A stretch of DNA of 48,262 bases, taken from an uncultured bacterium (GTDB lineage Bacteria > CSSED10-310 > CAZUFC01). The notes under the pieces are model-generated. The model was not told the DNA's origin, searched no databases, and worked only from the letters and a program-made list of their open reading frames with translations. How positions within the stretch are numbered: position 1 is the first letter of the stretch; every line of letters starts with the position of its first letter. The DNA lies in NCBI GenBank assembly GCA_964619725.1, contig CAZUFC010000063.1, forward strand, positions 1 to 48,262. The letters run 5' to 3'. Below are positions 25,590 to 36,651 of the stretch, piece by piece. A program made the translations under genes and the position numbers.

Positions 25590-27332
25590 TCAGTCGACAG
25601 TTCCTTCCATTGTCAGACAAGCGTCCGCGAGGATATCCCTCCAGGGAGAGCCCATCGCCTCTACTTTTTTACGATACGTTTTCGCTTCGTGGAATAGTTT
25701 CTGTCTTTCCAGCAGGATAATCAGATTTATATAGGCTGGAGCGAATTCGGGGTCGTTTTTTACTGCTTTAAGATACGCGGATTCCGCTTTTCTCGTTTTT
25801 TTCAAGGCAGCCAGGGTTCTTCCAAGATTGTTGAGATATCTGGCATTATCTGAATCGGAGTCGATCGCTGCATTGAAGTGATCCAGCGCCCTTTGGAAAT
25901 CTTTTTTTTTGAAAGCGATCAGTCCGAGATTATTTCTGACGACTGGATTGCGTGGATCAACATTAATGATGCCTGATAATATCGATTCAGCTTTATCGTA
26001 GTTTCCTCTTTCAACCAAATCCGCTGCGTTTTCAATTCGACCGATATACGGCGTCATTTCAAAAGTCGAAGGTCCATATCCCTTCCCATTCATCTCATCG
26101 TAAGCAAAATGCCTTCGCGAATAACCCAAACTCTTCAGTCGTTCGATCGTTTCCCGGCTCAATACGGCTTTTTCACTTTTTTTCCTCATTTCAAGAGCTG
26201 ATTCGAAAGCCGTTTTTTTTTCATACATCAAAAGCGGATTTTCGTGTCCGATATCGCAAATCTGTCCAGGGTCATCAATTATATTGTACAGTTTCTGTTT
26301 TCCTGACATCATCCATATCCAATGTCTCGTCAAATAACCGTAAACAGGCGCCCACCCATATCTTTCAAAAGGAAAAACAGACTCAAGATAAATCTCATCG
26401 CTTCCTTTCAAGTATTTCGATTTGATGATCGATTGGAAATCCGGGACAACTTCTCCGTTTCCAAACAAATCAATCAACGCTCGCCCGACGTCTGAAAGCA
26501 TAACTGCCCTTGATGCCGCTCTTCCCGTCTCAGAGCGGTCGGTTTTTCCGATAATCAGCGGGACCCTCAGACATGTGTCGTACAAAAGGAATCCATGTTG
26601 AGGTTCTCCGTGCTCCCAAAGGTCTTCACCATGGTCTCCCGCAATGATATAGACAATATTTTTTTTGAAGTCATCTCCAATAGCTGAAAGTAATAATCGC
26701 CTTAATTCGCGGTCAACGTAATCGACTTCGTTCTGATATCTTATCTGCAGTTCTGAATTTTCCTTGATGGGGGGCACATAAGGTTCATGAGGATCAAAAT
26801 AGTGGACCCACAGAAAATAATCATATTGTTTGAAAGAATCAATCATTTGGATCGCCCTGTCTGTAACTTCTTCTGCTTTCCGTTCAATCATCCCGTCAGT
26901 GAAATCGTCGTCGTAGCGCATAAATCCCTTATTCAGTCCGAAGATCGATTTCAAAGGATACCCCCCGATCACTGCGGCTGTTCGATAACCAGCCCGGCGC
27001 ATTACATCAGCTACAGTCACGACCGGCTGTTTTAAAATATAAGCTGCGTTGGCTCTCACCCCATGATCCAAAACAGATGTCCCAGTCATAAGCCCTGCAT
27101 GAGCAGGCAATGTGAGGGGTACGTCTGTTCTGCAATAGATGAATAATCGACTGCTTTTAGAGAGAAAATCGAGCGTCGGCGTTCTCGCTCGCGGATTCCC
27201 ATAGCAGCCCAATGCATCGCATCGGCACGTATCAATCGTGACCAGTATGACTGAAACCCGGCCCGCTTCCCCAGAAACAATCCGCCCCTGAAATAAAACC
27301 AGGCAAAGAACCAAAACGGCTTTTCTGATCAT
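25590..27332 (-). CDS. Secreted sulfatase/alkaline-phosphatase-superfamily hydrolase with C-terminal TPRs
   Basis: VILVTIDTCRCD, PLTLPAHAGLMTG, FLWVHYFDPHEPY, AGDHGE, RVPLI, LKSLGY; TPR motifs (NNLG...A...F). Confidence 0.88.
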   Translation of the reverse strand: MIRKAVLVLCLVLFQGRIVSGEAGRVSVILVTIDTCRCDALGCYGNPRARTPTLDFLSKSSRLFIYCRTDVPLTLPAHAGLMTGTSVLDHGVRANAAYILKQPVVTVADVMRRAGYRTAAVIGGYPLKSIFGLNKGFMRYDDDFTDGMIERKAEEVTDRAIQMIDSFKQYDYFLWVHYFDPHEPYVPPIKENSELQIRYQNEVDYVDRELRRLLLSAIGDDFKKNIVYIIAGDHGEDLWEHGEPQHGFLLYDTCLRVPLIIGKTDRSETGRAASRAVMLSDVGRALIDLFGNGEVVPDFQSIIKSKYLKGSDEIYLESVFPFERYGWAPVYGYLTRHWIWMMSGKQKLYNIIDDPGQICDIGHENPLLMYEKKTAFESALEMRKKSEKAVLSRETIERLKSLGYSRRHFAYDEMNGKGYGPSTFEMTPYIGRIENAADLVERGNYDKAESILSGIINVDPRNPVVRNNLGLIAFKKKDFQRALDHFNAAIDSDSDNARYLNNLGRTLAALKKTRKAESAYLKAVKNDPEFAPAYINLIILLERQKLFHEAKTYRKKVEAMGSPWRDILADACLTMEGTVD

Positions 27333-27438
27333 CGAGATAAACCCTTCAATGCTGAATTAACAAACCGTATGGATGAAAATTTTCTTCTGGAAAATAAATT
27401 TCTTCACCGTCCGGCATCCTCTCCCTATTTTGTCGGCT

Positions 27439-28668
27439 CTACTGGCTGCTCTCGATCGCCTTGATGAATTCCTGTATTTTTTCTTTGTCTTCAGCTTTCG
27501 GCTCCAATTGCAGATAAGTCTTCAGGTGCGGCAATGCCTGCTTGTTCTTTTTCATTTTCAAATAACAGTAAGCAATCGCTTTATGCGCTTCAGACATTTG
27601 AGGTTTCTTCTCCAGAGTAATGTTGAAAGCCGTCGCCGCTTTTTCAAATTTTTCCTCTCTGAAATAATTCACGCCCAAATTGTAATAAACTGCCGGCTCC
27701 TTTTCGCCCATAGATTCTCTCGTCTTCAACAGCTCTTCTGCCTTCTCGGCTTCCCCGGATTCACTGTACAAAGCGATTAATTCCTCGTACGCCTCATCAT
27801 CCTCGGGAGTCAGTAAAATGAGATGATCGAGTACATCGATAAGTTCCTCCTTCATTCCCTTCTTTTTATAAATAGCCGCCAGATTTCTGTAAATATCCGG
27901 CCATTCTTTCGATACATGGGCTTCGCTTTTGAAAGCATGTAATGCCCGATCCAACTCATTATTCTCGTAAGCTATCTTGCCCAGGTAAAACCAGGCGCCC
28001 TGAATATCCGAATCAATTTCTGCCGCTTTCCTGAAATGACTCTCAGCCTGGGCGTTCCTGCTCTTCTCATACTCCATTACCCCCATTAAATAATGCGCTG
28101 CCGCGTTTTCCGGGGATTTTTTCAGGATATCCTTCAGTTTGATTTCAGCCTTTTCAAATTCTTCGGACTGAATTAATTCCTGAATCTCAAGCAGATAGCT
28201 TGTCTTGTCTTTTTCGGCGGCAAGCGAAAAACCGGAGGATTTTTCTTTTCCCTTTTCCACGACCGTCAGTATTAAATAAATGTCCTGGGAAGTTTTAACT
28301 TCGAAAAGGGGAGATTTTCCATCGGCTTCGACAGGCAACCTCTGCTCCAGGAGCGTAATTCCAGAAGCAGATTTCACAGTCAATTTCGTCGAATAAAGCG
28401 CATATTCCTCTGACAAGGGTCGAATCTGATATTTGCCTGTTTCGAATACGCGAATTTTAAAATTTCCTTTTTTATCGCTTTTCGTCTTCCTGCCCCCCCG
28501 AACGGCATGCTCAATTTCTAAAGATAACCTGGGGACTTCTTCTCCTTCCAATGTTTTGACTTTTCCTTCTATCACTACACTCTGACCGCATACTGAAGAA
28601 AAAAAGCATAAACATTCCGCCAAAATGAATGTGAAAAAAATTAACACGGCGGTTTTCTTTAATGACAT
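27439..28668 (-). CDS. Secreted TPR protein with N-terminal carboxypeptidase-regulatory-like beta domain
   Basis: Signal peptide; IEGKVKTLEGEEVP...KSDKKGNF; repeats AHYLMG, AWFYLG, VYYNLG; ends YLQLEP. Confidence 0.85.
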   Translation of the reverse strand: MSLKKTAVLIFFTFILAECLCFFSSVCGQSVVIEGKVKTLEGEEVPRLSLEIEHAVRGGRKTKSDKKGNFKIRVFETGKYQIRPLSEEYALYSTKLTVKSASGITLLEQRLPVEADGKSPLFEVKTSQDIYLILTVVEKGKEKSSGFSLAAEKDKTSYLLEIQELIQSEEFEKAEIKLKDILKKSPENAAAHYLMGVMEYEKSRNAQAESHFRKAAEIDSDIQGAWFYLGKIAYENNELDRALHAFKSEAHVSKEWPDIYRNLAAIYKKKGMKEELIDVLDHLILLTPEDDEAYEELIALYSESGEAEKAEELLKTRESMGEKEPAVYYNLGVNYFREEKFEKAATAFNITLEKKPQMSEAHKAIAYCYLKMKKNKQALPHLKTYLQLEPKAEDKEKIQEFIKAIESSQ

Positions 28669-28737
28669 TATTTTTCACCCCTTTGTGAAGCATCTATTCC
28701 TGAATAAAAGAAAATGTGATGCTTCAGGTAACATGGA

Positions 28738-28781
28738 ATATCATAAGAAAGGGGGCAAGCCGCACCCCTTTCTTATGATAT
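28738..28781 (-). terminator. Long stem-loop immediately downstream of the TonB-dependent receptor gene
   Basis: ATATCATAAGAAAGGGG, 10-nt loop, CCCCTTTCTTATGATAT: perfect 17-bp inverted repeat 6 nt after the stop codon. Confidence 0.75.
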
Positions 28782-28787
28782 CATATA

Positions 28788-31646
28788 CTAGAAACTGTAA
28801 GTCAGCGTCAATCTGGCGCTTCTCGGCGATTGTCTCTTCAGCACCTCGCCGAACGAATCCGTATCCTCCTGGATATAAGAAACGGGAGTATCGTTATCCG
28901 TAATATTGAAGACGTCGATTTTAGCGCCAATGGTCTGATCCCTGTAAACTCTGAAATTATATGCCAATGACAGATCGATCCAGTAAATCGACGGCATTTC
29001 ACGGCTACCTCTCTCTTCAGGAAATGTTAAATAACCGCCGTAAGCCTCCTGGAAACCTCTTTTTTGCCAATGATAACCCGAGTTCCATTCGACTCCGAGG
29101 CCGACGACCAATCCGAACTGGGTCCGATAGGAAGAATTCAGCATGATCTGATGATCTACGCTGTATGGCAGATGCCCATACCAGCCGTCATCGCCATCTA
29201 AACCGCCGAGTCCGCCCAGCAACTCAGCCCAAAACTCAGCATCTTCATCATATTCCGTGCCGTCCGGGTCATAAGGCGGTCTGTCGCCGAAAACGCCGAC
29301 GTTGTTTCCGCTTCCCCAGGACGACTGATAGCCGCCTCTCTCAAACTGCCCCGGCGTGGTTCCTTTTGCCTCAGACCATACATAAGCCAATTGAAAGTTG
29401 ACGTTTTCCGTTGGACGACCGAGAAGCTCCAGCTCAACCGCCTTGTAATCTCTCTTTTTTCTGTCGAAATTTATCACATACCAGTCATCAATATTATAAG
29501 CGACGTCTTCAATCAGGTCCCGCGTCCAGCCTTGAACATATCTGGCCTTGGCTGCATATTTCCGCATGAAAATCCTATCAAATTCAACCAGTATCTCATC
29601 TTTGTAATAGGGCTTCAAATCATCATCATAGAGAATCGGGTCTGCCGTCGGGTCCTGAGTCCAGGACGGTTCGCCGGGATTGAAAGTGTCAGGTTCGCCG
29701 TCATCGTCAGTGTCTTCCCAGGTTCCCCAGTTATTCGGGTCCATCTCGTCTCCCGGAGTAAACGTTCCGCCGGTGTAAGGGTTTCCAGGTCCTCCATACT
29801 GATAACGGTCGAATGAATAAGGATTAGAAGTATTGCCCCATTCCGCCAGACTCGTGCTGACCACGTCATAAAATCTTCCAGCCCCTACTTTTACTACGTT
29901 TTGACCGTCTCGGGTCACGTCCCAGGCTGCAGTCAATCGCGGCGCCAAGGTGTCTCCAATCCCGAAAGAAAACAACTCATCACCCTCATTGTTCAATACT
30001 TCCTGATTGTCGAACCTGAATCCTGCCATTACATTCAAATACTCCAGAGGACTCCACTTGTCGCGGATATAAAATCCGAAACCCTTCGTTTCGTTCTCCA
30101 CTTTCGCTCCCGAATAATCGTAATAAATGTACGGTACGCCCCCGTCATACACAAACTCCGAACCACCCGCCATTCTTTCGGGAAACAAATCACTGTCGCT
30201 CCCCGTGAAATGGAGGTCTCGCGTGCTCTCCGTCGCATGATACGATAATCCGCCTTTTATCTCGTGATCACCATACATATCATCAAGATATTGAGTTACC
30301 TCAACCAGGAAATCATTGCGTCCTCTTGTCAGTATGTCTTCATTATCGTAATTGTTCCATTTCTCCGTGGTCGATACGTCTCTATACTGAGCTGCGCTTA
30401 AATCACCGCTCATCGGAACATCGGAAATCTCCCGATCTATAAATCCATACTTCGCCTCCAATATCGTCGATGACGTCACTATCGACTTGTAATTCAAACG
30501 AAAACGCTTCTGGTCATACTCAATCTCGCCGCGGGCTTCTTCTCTGCGCGATTCGTCTATGCCTACCTGATCCTCCGTCGTTTCGTCAAATGTTCCACTG
30601 AAGCTTAATGTGTTATTCGGATTGATTCCTAACGTCAGTTTTCCAAAAACGTTGTTCTTTTCCTCCTTCTTGTTCGCACCTTCTATTGTTACGCCCTCCG
30701 CAGGTTCCATATCCTCATACTTGTCCGTCACGTCAAATCTGTTGTAAGATACGAAAAACCACAGCCTGTCCTTTACCACCGGACCGCCTATATTAAAATA
30801 CGGCCTCAAATCCGTGTAATCGCGATTTACAGCCCATTTCGAATCCTTTTCCTCACCCGCAAGCAAATCAGACTCATAAAGCATAGCCAACTCTCCGCTG
30901 AAATCATTGCCTCCGCTCTTCGTGACCACGTTCACCGTACCGCCCAATGAACGACCATATTCCGGACTGAACCCGTCCGTTATGATCTGAATCTCCTCAA
31001 TGGCGTCATAATTCAAAGGCGTTCCAGTTGACTTCACCGCCGGGTCTCGTACCGATAACCCGTCAATTAAATAATTGTTGCCGTACTGGCCTTCTCCCCG
31101 AATGCTCGGATATCCGTCGACCGTTCCGTCTACCGTATCAATCCTTACTCCTGTCACGCCAGGAACGAATTTAGTCAAATCCCTGAAACTGCGCGATGAG
31201 GAAGGTATTACTGATAAATCTTCTGATGAAATTCGTACGCTCAAATCTGCCGATTCCTTTTCAACCAGAGGAGCTGAAGCTTCCACCACAATCACATCCT
31301 TCACAGCCGTTTCCTTCATCTCCACTTCAATCGGCGTCGTCATTCCCAACCTGACCGGTATGTTTGTACTCTGCAAAGGAGCAAATCCCATCAGCTCGCA
31401 CGTCAGCTTGTACGAACCTACCGGCAATAAAGGAAATCTAAAAACTCCATCTTCATTCGTTTCCGTCGTTCTCGTCCCCTGAAGCTTCCTTCCTTCTACA
31501 GTCACCAATACTCCCGGCAACGGATCGCCGTTACCATCGACTATTTTTCCCGAAATAATCCCCGTCTCCGCTGCAAATACGCTTGATGCCATTAAACATA
31601 ATGTCGATATCAGCAAAATTATTCTTATCTTCTTTCCTCTTCTCAT
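28788..31646 (-). CDS. TonB-dependent outer-membrane receptor (Oar-like) with N-terminal carboxypeptidase-regulatory-like domain
   Basis: Signal peptide; GIISGKIVD..GDPLPGV; plug motifs NNYLIDG, IEEIQI, PEYGRSLGGTVNVVTKSG; GGPVVKDRLWFF; C-terminal LTLTYSF. Confidence 0.92.
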   Translation of the reverse strand: MRRGKKIRIILLISTLCLMASSVFAAETGIISGKIVDGNGDPLPGVLVTVEGRKLQGTRTTETNEDGVFRFPLLPVGSYKLTCELMGFAPLQSTNIPVRLGMTTPIEVEMKETAVKDVIVVEASAPLVEKESADLSVRISSEDLSVIPSSSRSFRDLTKFVPGVTGVRIDTVDGTVDGYPSIRGEGQYGNNYLIDGLSVRDPAVKSTGTPLNYDAIEEIQIITDGFSPEYGRSLGGTVNVVTKSGGNDFSGELAMLYESDLLAGEEKDSKWAVNRDYTDLRPYFNIGGPVVKDRLWFFVSYNRFDVTDKYEDMEPAEGVTIEGANKKEEKNNVFGKLTLGINPNNTLSFSGTFDETTEDQVGIDESRREEARGEIEYDQKRFRLNYKSIVTSSTILEAKYGFIDREISDVPMSGDLSAAQYRDVSTTEKWNNYDNEDILTRGRNDFLVEVTQYLDDMYGDHEIKGGLSYHATESTRDLHFTGSDSDLFPERMAGGSEFVYDGGVPYIYYDYSGAKVENETKGFGFYIRDKWSPLEYLNVMAGFRFDNQEVLNNEGDELFSFGIGDTLAPRLTAAWDVTRDGQNVVKVGAGRFYDVVSTSLAEWGNTSNPYSFDRYQYGGPGNPYTGGTFTPGDEMDPNNWGTWEDTDDDGEPDTFNPGEPSWTQDPTADPILYDDDLKPYYKDEILVEFDRIFMRKYAAKARYVQGWTRDLIEDVAYNIDDWYVINFDRKKRDYKAVELELLGRPTENVNFQLAYVWSEAKGTTPGQFERGGYQSSWGSGNNVGVFGDRPPYDPDGTEYDEDAEFWAELLGGLGGLDGDDGWYGHLPYSVDHQIMLNSSYRTQFGLVVGLGVEWNSGYHWQKRGFQEAYGGYLTFPEERGSREMPSIYWIDLSLAYNFRVYRDQTIGAKIDVFNITDNDTPVSYIQEDTDSFGEVLKRQSPRSARLTLTYSF

Positions 31647-31790
31647 TTATTGCCCTCCCTATGATTCCGTTTTCTCTCCGTTATGATTTCTTATCCTCCC
31701 AATCCCCTCCTTTGCCCTGGTATCGCTTCACCCCCCTTCGAATTATGATTTTCACGCCGTTTATGCGTGCATTACCCGTAAATTACATTC

Positions 31791-31819
31791 TTGATATCAA
31801 AAAAACATCATATTGTCAA
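31791..31819 (-). promoter_or_regulatory. Candidate sigma70-type promoter for the receptor gene
   Basis: Minus strand TTGACA, 17-nt spacer, TATCAA preceded by TGn. The -10 element is imperfect. Confidence 0.35.
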
Positions 31820-32004
31820 TATACTCCGTTATTCTTTAAATATTCGATAATTTGTCCGCCTTCTCCTCGTATCGGCTGAAAAATTTTTACGGGCGGAATA
31901 TCCCTTTAAAATGATCATAAAATAAATGATCGTCTAAGCCCATACAGCAATCCCATCTTCTCTGATTTAAAGGAGCACGGATTACCGTTGCCGTTTGCGA
32001 GTAC

Positions 32005-32039
32005 AAAAAAAGAAGTCCGCTGTTCTCAGCGGACTTCTT
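32005..32039 (-). terminator. Rho-independent terminator of the ribosomal superoperon
   Basis: AAGAAGTCCGCTG-ttct-CAGCGGACTTCTT (13-bp stem) followed by a T-run on the minus strand, downstream of rplQ. Confidence 0.85.
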
Positions 32040-32234
32040 ATTTTCAATTGTTCTATTTCAGTAATTTGCGCTTTATGAAGTCTTCATACGGAGTCAATCT
32101 TGAATTGACCCATCGCTCATTTCACTTATTTGCATCTCCTCAAATCGCCGTTCCGCATCAACTTTTTGTCTGACGCAATATGGAATAAGGAATTTCACCT
32201 GAAATTAACGCATCTGATTTTAATCAGGAGTAAA

Positions 32235-32663
32235 TCAGCGTTTCAAACCCTTTTTAAGCTTGTCTGTAAAACCTTCTTTTTTAACGGGTTGTTTTTCTGT
32301 TTTCTCCGCTTTCTCTGTAAGCTCTAAAATGGCCATGGGGGCAGCATCGCCTATTCTTCTTCCGATTTTAGTAATTCTGGTGTATCCCCCTTTTCTCTCC
32401 TCGAATCTCGGCGCTATATCCTCAAATAACTTGCTGACGATGTCTTTGCTTTTCAATTCTCGGAGAACCTGCCTGCGGGCATGTAAACTACCCTGCTTGG
32501 CCTTGGTGATCAGCGATTCAGAGTACCTTTGTGTAAATTTTGCTTTGCTCAGAGTAGTGACTATGGTCTCATGTTCAAAGAGCGAAGCGCTCATGTTTCT
32601 GAGCATAGCCTTCCGATGAGCGGGACTTCTGTTAAGCTTAGTGCGTAGTTTTCTATGTCGCAT
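32235..32663 (-). CDS. rplQ: 50S ribosomal protein L17
   Basis: MRHRK...[21 protein letters not shown]. Confidence 0.98.
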   Translation of the reverse strand: MRHRKLRTKLNRSPAHRKAMLRNMSASLFEHETIVTTLSKAKFTQRYSESLITKAKQGSLHARRQVLRELKSKDIVSKLFEDIAPRFEERKGGYTRITKIGRRIGDAAPMAILELTEKAEKTEKQPVKKEGFTDKLKKGLKR

Positions 32664-32765
32664 TTTAATAACCTCTTGCGAAACTGTTCAAAATCGAAGA
32701 TATTCTTTTTATTCCTCAATCCCTATGAAGGTAAAAGACGATCGACGATTCCTCATTAAGGCGAC

Positions 32766-33812
32766 CTATGAATTTTCAATTTCTTCCTCGGTCTGCTCAT
32801 CAGATTCACTTTCCATTTGTTCATTCTGTTCTTCATCTTTCGCAGGTAACCCAAACTCGGAAACGTCCATGTTGAAACTCAAATTCATGCTGGTCAGGAG
32901 CTCTTTAATTTCATTAAGCGATTTTCTTCCGAAGTTTCTCGTTTTGAGCATTTCCTGTTCTGATTTCTGGACCAGATCGGCAATATTTCTGATATTGGCG
33001 TTGGCCAAACAATTCTGAGAACGAACGGACAATTCCAGTTCATCCACAGGTCTTAAAAGATTTTCTCTCATCTTCTCGAATTCTTCATCCACAACCTCTT
33101 CTTCTTCTTCGGGCTGCTCTTCGTATTTTGTGAACAAGGAAAGCTGGTCGCGTAAAACTGCTGCAGCGACGCTGACGGCATTTTCCGGAGTAATGGTACC
33201 GTCAGTGAAGACTTCAAGAATCAACTTATCATAATCAGTAGAGTAACCGACGCGCGTTTTTTCGACTTTAAAATCCACCCTTTTGACAGGAGAAAATATT
33301 GCATCCATTGGAATTGTCCCGATCGGCTGATCCTCTTCGACATTCTGGTCTGCAGGGACGTATCCTCTCCCTTTCTTCACCTTTAATTCCATGTGAAAAC
33401 GAGCGCCTTTATCCAATTCCGCTATATGCAGACCACGATTCATGATTTTTATTTCAGGCGGATGTACCAGGTCATCAGCAGTAATTTCACCTGGTCCTTC
33501 GGCGTCGACGGTCATGTTACGGGGCTTGTTTCCGTTCATCTCCAGTCTGACGTCTTTAAGATTCAAAATTATATCCGTAACGTCCTCTACAACATCCGGA
33601 ATCGTAGAGAATTCATGCAAAACTCCGTCAATTTTTACAGAAACAATGGCTGCTCCCTGGATGGAAGATAAGAGTACCCGTCGTAAAGCATTTCCGAGGG
33701 TAATTCCATACCCTCTTTCGAGGGGCTCCGCAATAAACTTTGCGTAAGTATCGGTCATTGTATCTGTTTCACAATTTAAACGTTTCGGTCTCTGTAGACC
33801 TTTCCATTGCAT
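32766..33812 (-). CDS. rpoA: RNA polymerase alpha subunit
   Basis: [43 protein letters not shown]. Confidence 0.99.
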   Translation of the reverse strand: MQWKGLQRPKRLNCETDTMTDTYAKFIAEPLERGYGITLGNALRRVLLSSIQGAAIVSVKIDGVLHEFSTIPDVVEDVTDIILNLKDVRLEMNGNKPRNMTVDAEGPGEITADDLVHPPEIKIMNRGLHIAELDKGARFHMELKVKKGRGYVPADQNVEEDQPIGTIPMDAIFSPVKRVDFKVEKTRVGYSTDYDKLILEVFTDGTITPENAVSVAAAVLRDQLSLFTKYEEQPEEEEEVVDEEFEKMRENLLRPVDELELSVRSQNCLANANIRNIADLVQKSEQEMLKTRNFGRKSLNEIKELLTSMNLSFNMDVSEFGLPAKDEEQNEQMESESDEQTEEEIENS

Positions 33813-33903
33813 AAGTAACTACCCTCCTCAAGTGAGATTGGCCGTCATGCTTTTGGACAATCGAATTTTTCTATTCCTCTCAGCATCTCAAGAAACATAC
33901 CTG

Positions 33904-34524
33904 TTATTTTGAATAAAGCTCTACAATGAGCTGTTCCTGGACAGGCGTGACAATGTCTTCTCTGACAGGCAGGCGCTTAAGGACTGCAGTCATTTTATCC
34001 TCATCCACATCCAACCATTCAGGCCTGTCGCTGCCGGCCTGTAACGCCATGTTTATTTGCCCATTATTCTTGCTTCTGGGATGAACCTCTATCTTGGCTC
34101 CCTCTTTAATTAAAGCAGAGGGAATATTCACCTTCTTTTTGTCGACCGAAAAGTGTCCATGTCGGACTAACTGTCGAGCCTGACTTCTCGATGACGCGAA
34201 GCCTGCCCTGTAGATTACGTTATCAAATCTCCTTTCCAGCAAAATGAGGAGATTATCGCCGGTTATTCCCTTCTGTCTTTCTGCTTCACGGAAAAACCTT
34301 CTGAACTGCTTTTCCATCATTCCGTAAGTCTTGCGAACTTTCTGCTTCTCTCTTAATTGAATGCCGTAATCAGTCGTTTTCGGTCTTCTCTGGCCATGCT
34401 GGCCAGGCGCATATCCTCTTCTCTCGAAGGCGCATCTATCTGTATAACATCTGCGTCCTTTTAAAAATAATTTTTCGCCTTCTCTGCGACATATTCTACA
34501 ACTTGGTCCGGTATATCTTGCCAC
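33904..34524 (-). CDS. rpsD: 30S ribosomal protein S4 (Zn-motif type)
   Basis: MARYTGPSCRICRREG, QLREKQK, IVELYSK. Confidence 0.99.
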   Translation of the reverse strand: MARYTGPSCRICRREGEKLFLKGRRCYTDRCAFERRGYAPGQHGQRRPKTTDYGIQLREKQKVRKTYGMMEKQFRRFFREAERQKGITGDNLLILLERRFDNVIYRAGFASSRSQARQLVRHGHFSVDKKKVNIPSALIKEGAKIEVHPRSKNNGQINMALQAGSDRPEWLDVDEDKMTAVLKRLPVREDIVTPVQEQLIVELYSK

Positions 34525-34584
34525 TAACTGTTCCCCCTTATTGTATAGAACAATTTTTACATTCTGTTTCCATCGCCATTTTCT

Positions 34585-34983
34585 TTACACCCGTCTTCTT
34601 TTAGGCGGCCTGCAGCCGTTATGGGGAATGGGAGTAACATCCTTAATCGCTTTTACTTCCAAGCCAGCAGCCTGAAGAGAACGAATGGCTGACTCCCTGC
34701 CCGCTCCCGGACCCTTAACGTAAACTTCAACTTCACGAAGCCCCATGTCCAGGGCCTTTTGAGCTGCTGAACGAGCCACCAGTTGAGCGGCGAAAGGCGT
34801 GCTTTTTCGAGAGCCTTTGTATCCCAGAGAACCGGCGCTGGCCCAAGCCAACGCATTACCCATCATATCCGTTATCGTTACAATGGTATTATTGAAAGTC
34901 GACTGAACGTGCGCTATCCCCTGAAATACATCGCGTCTCTTCTCTTTTTTCTTTGTTGTTCTTCTTCTCTGTTGCTTTGCCAT
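34585..34983 (-). CDS. rpsK: 30S ribosomal protein S11
   Basis: [36 protein letters not shown] at 34983 preferred over TTG at 34986. Confidence 0.98.
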   Translation of the reverse strand: MAKQQRRRTTKKKEKRRDVFQGIAHVQSTFNNTIVTITDMMGNALAWASAGSLGYKGSRKSTPFAAQLVARSAAQKALDMGLREVEVYVKGPGAGRESAIRSLQAAGLEVKAIKDVTPIPHNGCRPPKRRRV

Positions 34984-35026
34984 CAATACCTCTCTTATTA
35001 TTCCTTTAGCTCATGTCTTAATTTTT

Positions 35027-35401
35027 TCATCTCTTGCGTTTTCTGTCGCCGAGTTTCCTCTTATGTCCCTTCCTCGTTCTCGCATTCGTTCTTGTTCTCT
35101 GTCCCCTCACAGGCAACGAACGTCGATGCCTGAATCCCCTGTAACATCCAATCTCCATTAATCTCTTTATGCTCATACTGTATTCTTGACGAAGCGATCC
35201 CTCAACCTTAAAATTACGCTCAATTTCTCGACGCAACCGGCTTACCTGCTCTTCAGTCAAATCCTTTACCGTAATGGATGGGTCAACTCCTGTCGTATTC
35301 AGTATCTTTCTCGACGATGAAAATCCGATACCGTAAATCCGAGTGAGGGCTACTTCTATTCTTTTGTTTCTAGGTAAATCAACACCAGCTATGCGAGCCA
35401 A
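35027..35401 (-). CDS. rpsM: 30S ribosomal protein S13
   Basis: [27 protein letters not shown]. Confidence 0.99.
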   Translation of the reverse strand: MARIAGVDLPRNKRIEVALTRIYGIGFSSSRKILNTTGVDPSITVKDLTEEQVSRLRREIERNFKVEGSLRQEYSMSIKRLMEIGCYRGFRHRRSLPVRGQRTRTNARTRKGHKRKLGDRKRKR

Positions 35402-35485
35402 CTCAACCTCCTTTAGCTAAATTTCTTGAAAAATCAATAACATAGTACGCTTCAGCGTTTTTTTGTAATGATTTACTTTGAGATT

Positions 35486-35599
35486 TCATGCCTGTTTCTG
35501 TTTATGCCTTGGGTTTTCGCAAATAACCATTACTCTACCTTTTCTTCGAATTATCTTGCATTTTTCGCAACGTTTCTTTATCGAAGCCTTAACCTTCAC
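35486..35599 (-). CDS. rpmJ: 50S ribosomal protein L36 (absent from the ORF track)
   Basis: Hand translation from [40 protein letters not shown]. Canonical position between infA and rpsM; AGGAG RBS. Confidence 0.97.
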   Translation of the reverse strand: MKVKASIKKRCEKCKIIRRKGRVMVICENPRHKQKQA

Positions 35600-35635
35600 T
35601 TTCTACTCCTTAACCTTTCAGGTCGCTCCAATAGG

Positions 35636-35854
35636 CTACTTCGCCCTGTAAGTTATTCTCCCTCTGCTTAAATCATAAGGGGAAAGCTCCACCCTGACTC
35701 TGTCCCCCGGCAAAATACGTATGAAATATTTGCGCATCTTTCCGGAAATGTGAGCCAGAACCTTATGTCCGTTTTCAAGTTCAACCCGAAACATAGCATT
35801 CGGTAAAGCTTCCGTCACAATTCCTTCTACAACGATGGCATCTTCTTTTTCCAT
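35636..35854 (-). CDS. infA: Translation initiation factor IF-1
   Basis: [32 protein letters not shown]. Confidence 0.98.
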   Translation of the reverse strand: MEKEDAIVVEGIVTEALPNAMFRVELENGHKVLAHISGKMRKYFIRILPGDRVRVELSPYDLSRGRITYRAK

Positions 35855-36642
35855 CAATCAATCTCCCATTGGAACAACTTGTCGTTATCAATACACTCCA
35901 TAGCGCTTAAAATACAGGGACCGTTTTGCGTAACCGCGACAGAATGTTCAAAATGAGCCGAAAGACCTCCGTCGGCAGTTACAGCCGTCCATCTGTCTGA
36001 AAGCAACCTAACATCAAAAGTACCAATCGTTACCATCGGTTCTATGGCCAATACCATACCCGGCCTTAATTTCTCCCTGCGCATTTTATCATAATAATTC
36101 GGTATCTGCGGAGGTTCGTGCAGCTTTCTTCCGATCCCGTGTCCCACGAAATCTCTTACGACATTATATCCGCGCGATTCCACGAATTCCTGAATTGCCC
36201 TTGATATGTCGTTGATCCTGTTTCCGGTCTTGACCATTTCAATTCCAATTTTTAAGGATTCCTGAGTCACCATCAGCAACTTCCGCGCGGTTTCCGTAAC
36301 ATTGCCCACAGGAATGGTTATAGCGGCATCGCCGAAGTATCCGTCATACTTAACGCCGAAGTCAATGCTGACTATGTCTCCTTCTTGTAACCGTCTTCTT
36401 GATGGGATTCCATGTACGATCTCTTCGTTCACCGAAACGCATAAGGCGCTGGGGAATCCCATGTAATTTTTGAACGCAGCCACAGCTCCGTGTTTGCGCA
36501 AAATTTTTTCCGCAGCTCTCTCAAGCTCGATGGTCATTATCCCAGGTTTGACGATTTTTTTCAACCGGCATAAAGTTTCCGCCACAATTCTATTGGCGAA
36601 TTTCATTTTTTCAATTTCCCTGGGGGATTTTACTACAACCAT
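35854..36642 (-). CDS. map: Methionine aminopeptidase type I
   Basis: [38 protein letters not shown]. Confidence 0.98.
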   Translation of the reverse strand: MVVVKSPREIEKMKFANRIVAETLCRLKKIVKPGIMTIELERAAEKILRKHGAVAAFKNYMGFPSALCVSVNEEIVHGIPSRRRLQEGDIVSIDFGVKYDGYFGDAAITIPVGNVTETARKLLMVTQESLKIGIEMVKTGNRINDISRAIQEFVESRGYNVVRDFVGHGIGRKLHEPPQIPNYYDKMRREKLRPGMVLAIEPMVTIGTFDVRLLSDRWTAVTADGGLSAHFEHSVAVTQNGPCILSAMECIDNDKLFQWEID

Positions 36643-36651
36643 AATTAAATC

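Noticed and set aside
31647-31990. Cobalamin or other riboswitch ahead of the TonB-dependent receptor
   Set aside because: No B12-box or other conserved aptamer sequence found by eye.
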